This document shows, in pieces, positions 8,716 to 18,121 of a stretch of DNA of 64,000 bases (the first letter of the stretch is position 1; each line of letters starts with the position of its first letter). The position numbers and the translations under genes are program-made. The notes below the pieces were generated by a model. That model was given only the letters and a program-made list of their open reading frames with translations. It ran no database searches and was not told where the DNA came from. The stretch is from an uncultured candidate division Zixibacteria bacterium (lineage in GTDB: Bacteria > Zixibacteria > MSB-5A5 > UBA10806). The stretch covers positions 768,879 through 832,878 of the forward strand of contig CAWDFP010000006.1 in the NCBI GenBank assembly GCA_963801605.1. The letters run 5' to 3'.

Positions 8716-9603
8716 ATGATTAAAGAGCGTACGAAAATTTCGCATTTTCTTATTTCGATATCTTTATTGATGTTGTTTTCCGTTTCGGCTGATGCTCAAT
8801 TCAGCGAACAGCATAAAGGTTACGCATTTGAAAACCCGGGCTTTTTAAGCATCCCCGGAGCACTATCATACGATAGCGGACGACATCGTCTGGCCATTGC
8901 CGACAAAGGCCGTCAGTTAGTTTATCTATTCGACCTCACCGATCACTCCTATCAAACCCTTGGAGCGGATAAAGAATTAGGAGAGCCTGCCGGATTGGCT
9001 TTTAGCCGTCAGGGTACATTATTTATCGTCGAGGACAAAAGCCCTTATATCCTAAAGTTTCCATATTCAATCGATCAACCGGAAACGCTAAAATTCGGAG
9101 ATAGTGGCAGCCCGATTCATCCTGGAAAGTTATTTATCAAAAACGATGGCGGTATATTAATTGCCGATAAAGACGATGCTGCCATTTATTCAATTGATTC
9201 CACCGGAGTACTTACCGGGAAGATCACCGAAAAGTTAAGGCAGCCAGATGGAATTATGATCGATCTTTCTGGAGAAATCCTTGTGGCCGATAAAGGTGTT
9301 GACCCTATTTTGGTATATAGCTCAAAAGGTGAATTCGAGCGTAAACTCTCGCGGCCGGAATCTCCCACATCGCAGTTTAGCTTTGCCGCATCGGGGTTGG
9401 CAATTGATCAAAGCGGTTGGATATATACTCTGGATATGACAAGAGAGCAAATCGTTACTTTTGACCCTACCGGAGTTAATCGTTTGGAATGGGCGCCTGA
9501 AGCGCCATTTTTCCCGGAGGATATCGCAATTGACCGCTATAATACGATCTATGTTTCAGAGAGCGGCTCAGGCAGCGTTCGTATTTTTTCGAGGAGCAAC
9601 TGA
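8716..9603 (+). CDS. Secreted NHL-repeat six-bladed beta-propeller protein (copy 1)
   Basis: Start chosen at ATG 8716 (MIKERTKISHFLISISLLMLFSVSADA signal peptide), just after the upstream stop. Six NHL-type blades, e.g. PGALSYDSGRHRLAIADKGRQLVYLFD, PAGLAFSRQGTLFIVEDKSPYILKF, PDGIMIDLSGEILVADKGVDPILVY, PEDIAIDRYNTIYVSESGSGSVRIF. Confidence 0.8.
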   Translation: MIKERTKISHFLISISLLMLFSVSADAQFSEQHKGYAFENPGFLSIPGALSYDSGRHRLAIADKGRQLVYLFDLTDHSYQTLGADKELGEPAGLAFSRQGTLFIVEDKSPYILKFPYSIDQPETLKFGDSGSPIHPGKLFIKNDGGILIADKDDAAIYSIDSTGVLTGKITEKLRQPDGIMIDLSGEILVADKGVDPILVYSSKGEFERKLSRPESPTSQFSFAASGLAIDQSGWIYTLDMTREQIVTFDPTGVNRLEWAPEAPFFPEDIAIDRYNTIYVSESGSGSVRIFSRSN

Positions 9604-9605
9604 TA

Positions 9606-10478
9606 GTGCATCCGATATTGGCGGCGATAATACTCAGTGCAAACATTGGATCGTCCAGGATTGAATTTGCAGCCGTTACTCCGGGGACGATCGATGGGCT
9701 TCCTATGAATAATGCCCAATGCCTGGCAGTCAACCCGCGCACTGAGGAATTTTTGGTGGCTGACGCCCTAAACGATCGCATCCTGGTTTTTGATACCACC
9801 GGTCTGCCCGTATTTGATTTTCAGCTTGGAGCGAATCGTCATAATCCCTTTGGGATTGTAGTCGATTCATCCGATCAGATAATTGTGGGGGCGATGGATT
9901 CTCCGGTGCTTTGGATATACGATTATAGCGGCGAGTTCGTAGATAATATCGAACTTCCCGATAGCGTATATCCGGGTAGGCTTTTAGCCTTACCAGGGGG
10001 CAATCTATTGGTTATAAACCGTTCAGGTCGGGGTGCGCTGCAAATTGATCACAGCGGGAATATCGTTTCGAAATATGAGGTATCCCGGGAAGAGTGTAAA
10101 CCTTCAGGCATATGTCTCGATGCAAAAGGAAATATCATTATAGTTTCCTCGGCCGGGCCGGTTATCACTGCATTTGATCATTATGGGAAAGCGATATTTT
10201 CCTTTGGGGAACATGGCCGGGAGCCAAAAGATTTTTCCCGGCCGACAGCCGCCGCGATTGATGACCACGGCAACTATTGGATAGTTGACTCATTTAGGCA
10301 TGAGTTAAAGCTTTTTGATTCCGATCATAATTTCAAGGAGGTTTTTGGACAACGCGGCACTAATAAAGGAGAGTTTTATTTCCCGGCGGATATAAAGATA
10401 ACTTCAAGCGGTAAAATGGGGATATTGGATAAGGGGTCAGGAAGGCTTCAGATATTTAGATTGAATTATGACAAATAA
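9606..10478 (+). CDS. NHL-repeat beta-propeller protein (copy 2)
   Basis: GTG start 3 nt after the upstream stop. Blades include AQCLAVNPRTEEFLVADALNDRILVFD, PFGIVVDSSDQIIVGAMDSPVLWIYD, PSGICLDAKGNIIIVSSAGPVITAFD, PTAAAIDDHGNYWIVDSFRHELKLFD, PADIKITSSGKMGILDKGSGRLQIF. Confidence 0.8.
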   Translation: MHPILAAIILSANIGSSRIEFAAVTPGTIDGLPMNNAQCLAVNPRTEEFLVADALNDRILVFDTTGLPVFDFQLGANRHNPFGIVVDSSDQIIVGAMDSPVLWIYDYSGEFVDNIELPDSVYPGRLLALPGGNLLVINRSGRGALQIDHSGNIVSKYEVSREECKPSGICLDAKGNIIIVSSAGPVITAFDHYGKAIFSFGEHGREPKDFSRPTAAAIDDHGNYWIVDSFRHELKLFDSDHNFKEVFGQRGTNKGEFYFPADIKITSSGKMGILDKGSGRLQIFRLNYDK

Positions 10479-11451
10479 GCTAATAAAAATCGGACTTACA
10501 GTTCTATTGCTTCAGTTGCCGGCTATTGGAGGAGAATACCATCAGCAATCGGATGTTATTTGCAGCGATTGCCATACAACTCACTATAGCGAGCATGGCA
10601 CGCTGCCTGAAAAGGCCGAACCGGGCGGGCCCTTCACCGAGCTTCTCCTGGTTGGGTCAATTAATAAGCTGTGTCTATCTTGTCACGATGGCACCGACCC
10701 GGCGGCTCCCGATGTGCTTTTCCCCGTGGCGATGTATAACGGATCAGGCTCCGAATACTCGGGGGCAGGCTTTTTTTCCAATGCGGACGGCGTGATTTCC
10801 GTTAATGGCCACTCTCTCGGTGTTCCGCTTGAGATTCCCGATTCTAATCCGGCGCGGACGGTGATGCTTTCCTGCATCAGTTGTCATGACGCGCATGGCA
10901 CATCCAATTACCGAAATCTGGTTTTAAATCCGGATAGTTTGGGTATCGACATAAATCTTTCAATAGGCGCCGATGTTTTTGAAAATGTTCATCCTCAGAA
11001 TCCGCCCGAAAGAAATGCGTCTATCCAGGCGTATAAATCGGGCAACAGCGGATATGTCGATAAAATTACTTTATGGTGTACAGACTGTCATAACGCTCTG
11101 TCTGTGGATAATCCCGGAAATCCGCCGGCTCATTTTATGCGTCATCCGTCCGGAGTGAGTATGGATGGCGTTTCCTATCATCTGAGTCCGGCGCATTGGG
11201 TAAGCGGAGAAGGGGACGGGTTTGGATTAGCCACCGGGGATGGCCTCGAAGGAATCCCCAGGGTACGTTTCCAGTCTGAAGGGGCGACTGATTATAACAC
11301 TGCGATTACGCCATCAAGAACGAATCAGGTGTTTTGTTATTCATGTCATTTTGCTCATGGCGGCCCGTATGAGGCTTCATTAGTATGGCCATATAAAACC
11401 AGCGGTGCAGCGGATATGTACTCGGGGTGTCAGCAATGTCATTACAAATAA
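10468..11451 (+). CDS. Secreted hexahaem c-type cytochrome (paralog family A, member 1)
   Basis: Signal peptide ...LLLQLPAIGG, then EYHQQSDVICSDCHTTHYSEHG. Six CXXCH (CSDCH, CLSCH, CISCH, CTDCH, CYSCH, CQQCH) in 327 aa. 11-nt overlap with the upstream NHL gene. Confidence 0.9.
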   Translation: MTNKLIKIGLTVLLLQLPAIGGEYHQQSDVICSDCHTTHYSEHGTLPEKAEPGGPFTELLLVGSINKLCLSCHDGTDPAAPDVLFPVAMYNGSGSEYSGAGFFSNADGVISVNGHSLGVPLEIPDSNPARTVMLSCISCHDAHGTSNYRNLVLNPDSLGIDINLSIGADVFENVHPQNPPERNASIQAYKSGNSGYVDKITLWCTDCHNALSVDNPGNPPAHFMRHPSGVSMDGVSYHLSPAHWVSGEGDGFGLATGDGLEGIPRVRFQSEGATDYNTAITPSRTNQVFCYSCHFAHGGPYEASLVWPYKTSGAADMYSGCQQCHYK

Positions 11452-13005
11452 AAAAACGATCCGAAATATATTTGGCGACGGCGCTCACCTTAGCGGTCAT
11501 TGTGATACTGGCCGGTTTAGTGTATGCCGATTCCGGCGCATATAAGACCACCAAACACGCAGACCCACAAATCGGAGTGAACCGCGATTCCAATCTTCCT
11601 CGGGGCAATTGTAGTCAATGCCATTTGGAACATAACACCGATAATCCCAACGATTATGCTTTATTCGCCCCGCCGGATAACTCACTATGTCTTTCGTCCG
11701 GTTGCCATGAGTACGAATATCAATGGCCTCCGGGAAACTATTACTGGAGCTATCCCGGCAATGTGCCCGACTGGTATAACTCGGCCCACGGATCATCGAC
11801 AGCGCTATTCACACCGGGCGGTAACCGCGAAGTGCGGCTTTGCGTGCAATGTCATAATCCGCACGGCAAAACCGATTCAACGTATGGCGTTTACCCCTCG
11901 GAGACAAGTTTCCTCGAAGAAGGCGGCTGCTATTCTAACGGCGGATTAATAGGGCAGGGATGCCATGGGAATAATTCAAGTAACAGGCCGATCGGGGCTG
12001 CAGATATTTATTCGGAAATTCTTAAATCATCGCGGCATAATGTCGAAGCGACCACCAAGGAGCATTCCTCTGATTGGATAGCGGTGTATCCTTACGGCAG
12101 AGAATCGCGAACGCCTGTCTCAGGTTTTTTCGCTGGTGATAGGCGGCATGTCGAGTGTGTTGATTGTCACAATCCGCACAAGGCGATTACGGGAACGCAT
12201 CAGCCGGCGACAGGAGAAATCGGCGGTCCGCTTTTGGGCAATTGGGGAGTGGAACCCGGTAGCAGCGCACCCTGGACCGTCCCAATGAGCTTTAATGCTG
12301 TTGATTTTTCCTCGATATCTACGGCCAGAGAGTATCAGCTCTGCCTGAAATGTCATAGTTATTTTGCCTATGGATATAGTCCTCCCACGGGATACACCGA
12401 TATCGCCCGCGAAATAAATCCGGCTAATGCTTCATTTCATCCAATTGAGGATACAATTCGAACCAACTCCTACACATCGCCGTCCCCAAATAACAATTTT
12501 ACCGAAACGATGGAAACACCCTGGGATGATGGCCGTCACAACCAGATGACATGTTCCGATTGCCATGGTTCGGAAAACGGTGCTGATCCCAAAGGCCCGC
12601 ATGGTTCAAACCAGCCCTATATCCTCATGGCTTCGCCGGCCGCAGGCGAAACCGCTTTATGTATCAAGTGCCATAAAGCATCGGTTTATGCGCCGCCGTT
12701 TGATCCGGGCGCACAGGAGACAGGCAGTAGATTCGATTTGCAAACGACGGGAAACGATAAGGCAAATCACTACTATCATGTAACAATCATGAGACTTGGC
12801 TGCCGGCAATGTCACGCGGCACGGCAGACGGTCCCCCCCGGCAATCCCTGAACAGCGGACCCCTTATCCGATTCAGGTGGGTTCGGCTCACGGAACTAAT
12901 TTGTTTGCCGGTCTACTAAATGGTACGAATATTAATTCGTATTCTCCGGGAAGCTGCGCTCCCACTTGCCATGATCCGGTCACTTATAATGCAGGGCCGG
13001 AATAA
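11427..13005 (+). CDS. Multihaem cytochrome (7 CXXCH plus CX4CH, CX10CH and CX3CH variants); frame broken at a C7 run (fragments 11427-12851 and 12796-13005)
   Basis: N-terminal signal/anchor IYLATALTLAVIVILAGLVYA. Motifs CSQCH, CVQCH, CVDCH, CLKCH, CSDCH, CIKCH, CRQCH, plus CLSSGCH (11688-11708), C-x10-CH (11928-11966) and CAPTCH (12955-12972). Deleting one C of 12833-12839 gives ...CRQCHAARQTVPPAIPEQRTPYPIQVGSAHGTN... ATG 11436 is an alternative start. Confidence 0.8.
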
Positions 13006-14624
13006 TGCCGAGAAGATTTGTGTTTGTCATTATTATGCTGGCATCATTAAAAGCTTCTGCCTCCGATTTGAGAGGAAATCTTAATCTCAGCTATCAAGGC
13101 ACTGATGGAGGGGCGGAAAATCCCGCGTCTTCAGTGTTCAGCCAGGTTGCCAATCTTTATATTACCGACCGTATCTTTTACGGCAATGATTTAACTCTGG
13201 GAGCATTTATTTTTCACACCAAAACCTCAGGAGCGGCCAGAGGCGATTTGCGCGTTAGATATTCTGCGAATCTTTTAGGCAATAGATATTCACTTTATTC
13301 GTCGTATTCACCATACACCCTGTACCGCCCCGGAGGGGGTGCACTCAAGGTACGAGTATTTCAAGGATCTCTTACTTACCGTCCAAAATTGCTCCCGGAT
13401 ATTATGGGCAGTTACGCCTCTACTCGTCAGTATACAACCGACAAACCGCGATCCCAGGACGGGCTAAATTATTCCTGGAATTTGGGGACTCAGTTTTCCA
13501 AATCGTTTGGATCGTTCAGCGGCGTCTATCAAAGGCAGCAAACAAAAAACGATCAGGCTCTCGTTCAAACCAAACAGATAACACGAACTATTAATTTGGG
13601 ATATGATATTTCAAAACAGTATCCGGCCAATGTTAATTGGTCGGCGGGATATAATTATATAGGTACCACTACAGAGAACCCGGGTATTCAAAAGGATAAT
13701 AGCCGAACGCATATCGGCTCTTTTCAGGTTGGACGGAATTTTGGCAAATGGTTTTCAATGTCAGGGGCGACGTCTGGCCGAATTTTCGATCTTGAGCATT
13801 TGTCCAGAACAACCAGGATCGAAGATTTTCTTGCCAATGGCTCGGCCAGCATGAAGCTTCGCGAGAACATCACATTTGTACTTCTTCGAGGCTATAATAT
13901 CAGTCAGAACAAAGAAGATTCTACCACGAAAATTATAAACGATTATATAAATCTGGGGGGTGTCTGGGGATTTTCGGTTGGACGAGGCGCCGATACGCGG
14001 CTGGCGTTGTCGAGATCGTATTATTATGCTTCAATCCAGGGGCGCAATATCGTTGATAATGGCACCCTGATTTTTGATATGAATCTTTATCGCCGCACCA
14101 CCGCGACGGTCAATCTGGGAGTTGCTCGTAATCAGAAGATTCTTTCCGGCTTTGGGAGATATCAAATGACGCGTAATGTCGATATTATTTCGAGGCCGCT
14201 GAGGTCAATATCGCTAAACATGAATTACCAGTCATCCGAAACCTCAAACTCGATCAATTTCAAGAACAGCAACAGCGACAATTTTTCTGTGAATCTAACA
14301 CATATTTTGAAATATTATTTTAATTATGCGTTAACTTATACGCGGTCTGCCTTTCATTCGCAAGGGATGAATAATTTCTCGACATTATCGGTGGCATTTA
14401 ATTACCGATTGAGCAATACGCTTTCGTTACTCGGAACGTATAGCAGGCGAGATCTGGGCGAATTATCCACAGCACTTGAAAGCGGTATCGATCAAACTGT
14501 GGGAGGCAGAATTTCCTGGATTACCTCACCAAGAAGTAATTTGACTTTGAATTATTCCGTTTCCAATATTAATACCACACGTCAAACACAAGGTTTTGGC
14601 GGTTATTTTGTGACGAGCTTTTGA
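13005..14624 (+). CDS. Predicted outer-membrane beta-barrel protein (candidate porin of the conduit)
   Basis: Signal peptide MPRRFVFVIIMLASLKASA. 539 aa with no Cys and no haem motif. Amphipathic strand-like runs rich in Y/G/N/S/T/R (LNLSYQG, LTLGAFIFHT, LRVRYSANLLG, LTLNYSVSN). C-terminus GGYFVTSF ends in Phe. ATG overlaps the upstream TAA (TAATG). Confidence 0.6.
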   Translation: MPRRFVFVIIMLASLKASASDLRGNLNLSYQGTDGGAENPASSVFSQVANLYITDRIFYGNDLTLGAFIFHTKTSGAARGDLRVRYSANLLGNRYSLYSSYSPYTLYRPGGGALKVRVFQGSLTYRPKLLPDIMGSYASTRQYTTDKPRSQDGLNYSWNLGTQFSKSFGSFSGVYQRQQTKNDQALVQTKQITRTINLGYDISKQYPANVNWSAGYNYIGTTTENPGIQKDNSRTHIGSFQVGRNFGKWFSMSGATSGRIFDLEHLSRTTRIEDFLANGSASMKLRENITFVLLRGYNISQNKEDSTTKIINDYINLGGVWGFSVGRGADTRLALSRSYYYASIQGRNIVDNGTLIFDMNLYRRTTATVNLGVARNQKILSGFGRYQMTRNVDIISRPLRSISLNMNYQSSETSNSINFKNSNSDNFSVNLTHILKYYFNYALTYTRSAFHSQGMNNFSTLSVAFNYRLSNTLSLLGTYSRRDLGELSTALESGIDQTVGGRISWITSPRSNLTLNYSVSNINTTRQTQGFGGYFVTSF

Positions 14625-14638
14625 TCTCTGGAGGATAG

Positions 14639-15223
14639 ATGAAAAATAAATGCCTTATTTTGGGAATTACATTGTTATTGGCAGTCCTCGGATGCGGCGG
14701 TCCCCGGACCTTTCTCAACGGCAACACAGATTGGACATTTTATAAACAGCTTGGCGTCTTGCCATTTGTTAATCTAACAACCGATCGTTTTGCGGGCGAA
14801 AAGGTGCAGTCGGCCTTTATTACCGAACTTTTTCTTTCGGAACGCTTTCAGGTTATGGAACCAGGAGAGTTTAACTCCAGAGTAGCCCAGGAACTTAAAA
14901 CCTCGGCATCGCAGCCCGTCCAGGAACTTTCCCTTGACCAGATCAAAACGATCGGTGAAAAAACCGGAGTTCAGGGGGTAATCGAGGGTGTTGTCAGAGA
15001 ATATGGTACTACCCGAGTGGGGCAAACCGATTACCCGGTCATTAGCTTAAGTATCAGAATGATCGATGTTCCTACCGGAACAGTAATCTGGATGACATCT
15101 TTCAGCAAAAAAGGCGGCCCTAATTTGCCGATCGTATCGATTGGAGAGACGCATACGCTAAGCGAACTGACGCAGAAGATCTGCCATGACATTGTTTCTG
15201 ATTTTGTAAGCCGTGCCTTTTAA
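14639..15223 (+). CDS. Non-haem lipoprotein, paralog 1 (TolB-N/CsgG/LpoB-like 'VLPF-N' type; family uncertain)
   Basis: MKNKCLILGITLLLAVLGC lipobox. Core motifs LGVLPFVNLTTDRFAGEKVQSAFITEL, VMEPGEF, GVIEGVVREYG, ISLSIRMIDVPTGTVIWMTSFSKKG. No Cys apart from the lipobox region and one other residue, and no CXXCH. Confidence 0.6.
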   Translation: MKNKCLILGITLLLAVLGCGGPRTFLNGNTDWTFYKQLGVLPFVNLTTDRFAGEKVQSAFITELFLSERFQVMEPGEFNSRVAQELKTSASQPVQELSLDQIKTIGEKTGVQGVIEGVVREYGTTRVGQTDYPVISLSIRMIDVPTGTVIWMTSFSKKGGPNLPIVSIGETHTLSELTQKICHDIVSDFVSRAF

Positions 15224-15234
15224 GGAGAATTCGG

Positions 15235-15810
15235 ATGAAGCTTTACTCGAAAACAAACTGGATAATAATTTTATCGTTGGCGTTTTTGTCATGCGGTCCA
15301 AAGCCAAGCGTTTACCTGCAGGATAACAATGGCGCCAAAGCGTCCAAGACGCTCGCCATTTTGCCATTCGATAATTACTCCGGAAAAGAGGATGCCGGCA
15401 AGCAAGTGGCCAATGCCTTTTTGGTGGAACTTCTCAAGAATCCATCGTTTCATGTCGTAGAGCCGGGAGAAGTCGATAGGGTGATGAGGGAGGAACGGAT
15501 TCGCTCATCGAGCCAGATTGATCTGAATGCGGCTCGGCTATTTAAAGATAAGCTTTCGTCGGATTATATTTTAATTGGCGCGGTCAATGAGTTTGATTAT
15601 CTCAAAGACGGCGATCGTGATGTTCCCCTGGTGGGATTTACGGTAAGGTTGCTCGATACCTCAAATGGACAGATTGTTTGGGCGGCCAACTACAGCAGGC
15701 GGGGGGACGATCACGAGCTTGTTTTCGGCTGGGGTTTGGTAAGCTCGCTTTCGGAACTAACTCAAATCAGCGTTCGCGATGCAATTTCCCGTATAAAGAT
15801 TGCACAGTAA
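15235..15810 (+). CDS. Non-haem lipoprotein, paralog 2 (same family as 14639-15223)
   Basis: IILSLAFLSC lipobox. Aligns block by block with the upstream gene: LAILPFDNYSGKEDAGKQVANAFLVEL, VVEPGEV, ILIGAVNEFDY, VGFTVRLLDTSNGQIVWAANYSRRG, LSELTQ. Confidence 0.6.
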   Translation: MKLYSKTNWIIILSLAFLSCGPKPSVYLQDNNGAKASKTLAILPFDNYSGKEDAGKQVANAFLVELLKNPSFHVVEPGEVDRVMREERIRSSSQIDLNAARLFKDKLSSDYILIGAVNEFDYLKDGDRDVPLVGFTVRLLDTSNGQIVWAANYSRRGDDHELVFGWGLVSSLSELTQISVRDAISRIKIAQ

Positions 15811-15886
15811 ACGTAACTCATTACCTCTCTTTTGGTTAGCTTGCCGTCTTAACGGTAAGAATAACGATAATTATTTGAAATAATAC

Positions 15887-15914
15887 TTGACATAGTAATT
15901 GTTACTAATATATT
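15887..15914 (+). promoter_or_regulatory. Candidate sigma70-type internal promoter upstream of the third NHL gene
   Basis: TTGACA (15887-15892), a 16-nt spacer, then TATATT (15909-14). It sits in the only sizeable gap (186 nt) inside the cluster. Confidence 0.45.
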
Positions 15915-15996
15915 TATGACGAATATCATAAATCCCGAGAGGATTTTTGTTAAACGCTCTTGTGAAGAACTTCACTAACCTCGATGTAGAAAAAAA

Positions 15997-16945
15997 ATGA
16001 GAAGATACTTTATCCCGCTGATTTTCCTACTTGTCAACCTGGCTGTCTCGGCCGAACCGTTGGTCGAGCCCAATGTCAGTCTTGTCAGTGTGGTTAAAGG
16101 TTATTCGGATCGTAAAGCATTTGGAAATCCCACAGGAATATTCCTCGATCCCATAAAAAACGAAATCTATGTCGCCGACGCCGGTAATCATCAGATTGGG
16201 ATATTCGACAAGCGCGGCACCAGCTTGTGGACATTCAAGCACTGGGTAACGGATAGCCGGGAGGAAGGCGCCAGGATATCTGGGCGATCCTCATTCAATA
16301 GTGGTTACCAAAGACGGCGACATCATCGTCAGCGACAACAAAGCTGATTATATCGATGTTTTTGATTATCGCGGCTCACTTCAATTAAAAATATCTCCTG
16401 AAGATTATCCTGAGGCAGGCCCATTCAGAGGCGCCATTCTGGCGCTTGATAAATCAGGCAATCTTTATATCGGCACGATTCTTGAAAAATCGGAAATCCT
16501 GGTGCTCGATTCCGATTATCAGCTTATCAAGCGATTCGGGAAAAAAGGTGAGGAGCCGCAGGATTTCCAGAATATCTCGGGAATCTGGGTGAACGGTGAT
16601 GGCAACATTCTGGTCACCGATGCCCTGGGCACTCCAATTTTGAAGAAATTCAATTCCAACGGCGAATATCTCGGTGGTTTTGGAGAGCATAGTATCGAGA
16701 AAAACGATTTTTCGTTTCCAAGCGGAGTGGTGATGACCTCAAGCGGGCGGATCTGGATCGTCGATCAACTTCGACAGGTAGTCAAATGCGTGAACGATTC
16801 GGGAGCTTTCATCACTATGATCGGCGGCCTGGGATATGCTCCCGGCGATATGTGCTATCCCTCCGGAGCCGCTTCCGACGGAGATTCGACGCTGGTAGTA
16901 GTCGAGAAAAACGGTAATAGATTTCAACAATTTATCATCAGGTAA
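15997..16945 (+). CDS. Secreted NHL-repeat beta-propeller (copy 3); frame broken once (fragments 15997-16347 and 16301-16945)
   Basis: Signal peptide MRRYFIPLIFLLVNLAVSA. Blades PTGIFLDPIKNEIYVADAGNHQIGIFD, then after a +1 shift near 16250-16290 (second frame open from 16250: ...APGYLGDPHSIVVTKDGDIIVSDNKADYIDVFD), ISGIWVNGDGNILVTDALGTPILKKF, PSGVVMTSSGRIWIVDQLRQ. Confidence 0.75.
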
Positions 16946-17059
16946 TAAAATGATTAACCCTAAAGTAAATATGCCAGAAGGAGGTGGTACGGTAGTTACA
17001 ATTTTCACAACTCAGATTGTTATTACACGCACTTATTATCAAATTCGAGAGGTTTTGTA

Positions 17060-18109
17060 ATGAAGAAAATTTTCGCACTAACTCTGGCAATGGTATTCGT
17101 TTTCGCGATGACGGCATTCGCCGGTGAATACCACATGGGAAGCTCATTGAGCTGCTACCAGTGCCATTCAATGCACTATAGCCAACAGCATATGTTTGGC
17201 TATGCTCACGAGGATAGTATTCCGTTCCTCGGCCCCGATGGACCATACAACAAGCTGCTTCGTTCGGATGTCAACGATCTTTGCCTTTCCTGCCATGACG
17301 GGGGAGATGTCATAGATGTTTACGGCGTATCCGAAGTCAACGCGACAGTTAACCGCGAGGGCGGTTTCCTTAGCAGAGTCGGCGACGGCAATGAGAATCA
17401 CGGCCATACGCTCGGAGCCACCAGCACTGCTCCCGGTAGCCTTCCAGCTTGGAGCCCGGATCAGACAGAGGGTCTTACCTGCGTCAATTGCCATAGCGCA
17501 CACGGCAGCGCCGGTTCAGGGAATCCGGATCAGGTTAAGGGTCAGTGGAGAAACCTGACCAGGAATCCTGGCAACGGAACCAACAGATACGTCAACTACG
17601 AAAAATCCAGCGAGCCCGTAAACACGACCCGCGACATCAAGTGGAGATCCTCCAGCGCCCACGACGCCGGCGCTTATGAAACCGACAATGTCGATTTTTA
17701 TGAGCCCGTGTCATCTGAATCCCGTTACGGCGCCTGGTGCCAGGGATGCCATACCAATTTCCATGGTAATTCCTCAAGCGACAATATGGCTAATGCGGAC
17801 GGATGGATCCGTCACCCGACAGCCGACGTTAATCTAGGGACCTCTGGCGCAACCGATTTTGCATCCCATGCTTATCGTCCGCAAGTGATGAGCCCGACAG
17901 GCAACTGGGGCACCCAGGGCGATTCCACCTGGACTCCGCCGACCGATCTTACCCCGACTTGCGTTACTTGCCATAAAGGCCACGGCAACGGTAATGCGTT
18001 CGGTCTCGTTTATATGGATGGCCGCCATCCGCGTACAGAAAACGGCGATGCGGTATCTACCAAGATTACTGCTACCTGCAAAATCTGTCACAGCCAGGGC
18101 GGTTATTAA
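17060..18109 (+). CDS. Secreted hexahaem c-type cytochrome (paralog family A, member 2)
   Basis: Signal peptide MKKIFALTLAMVFVFAMTAFA, then GEYHMGSSLSCYQCHSMHYSQQH. Six CXXCH (CYQCH, CLSCH, CVNCH, CQGCH, CVTCH, CKICH) in 349 aa. RBS GAGAGG. Followed by a strong terminator. Confidence 0.9.
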   Translation: MKKIFALTLAMVFVFAMTAFAGEYHMGSSLSCYQCHSMHYSQQHMFGYAHEDSIPFLGPDGPYNKLLRSDVNDLCLSCHDGGDVIDVYGVSEVNATVNREGGFLSRVGDGNENHGHTLGATSTAPGSLPAWSPDQTEGLTCVNCHSAHGSAGSGNPDQVKGQWRNLTRNPGNGTNRYVNYEKSSEPVNTTRDIKWRSSSAHDAGAYETDNVDFYEPVSSESRYGAWCQGCHTNFHGNSSSDNMANADGWIRHPTADVNLGTSGATDFASHAYRPQVMSPTGNWGTQGDSTWTPPTDLTPTCVTCHKGHGNGNAFGLVYMDGRHPRTENGDAVSTKITATCKICHSQGGY

Positions 18110-18121
18110 TAGTCCGCTTGA

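Noticed and set aside
15838-15858. Weak hairpin CTTGCCGT-CTTA-ACGGTAAG after the second lipoprotein gene
   Set aside because: The 8-bp stem includes a G-U pair and no T-run follows. That is insufficient to call a terminator.
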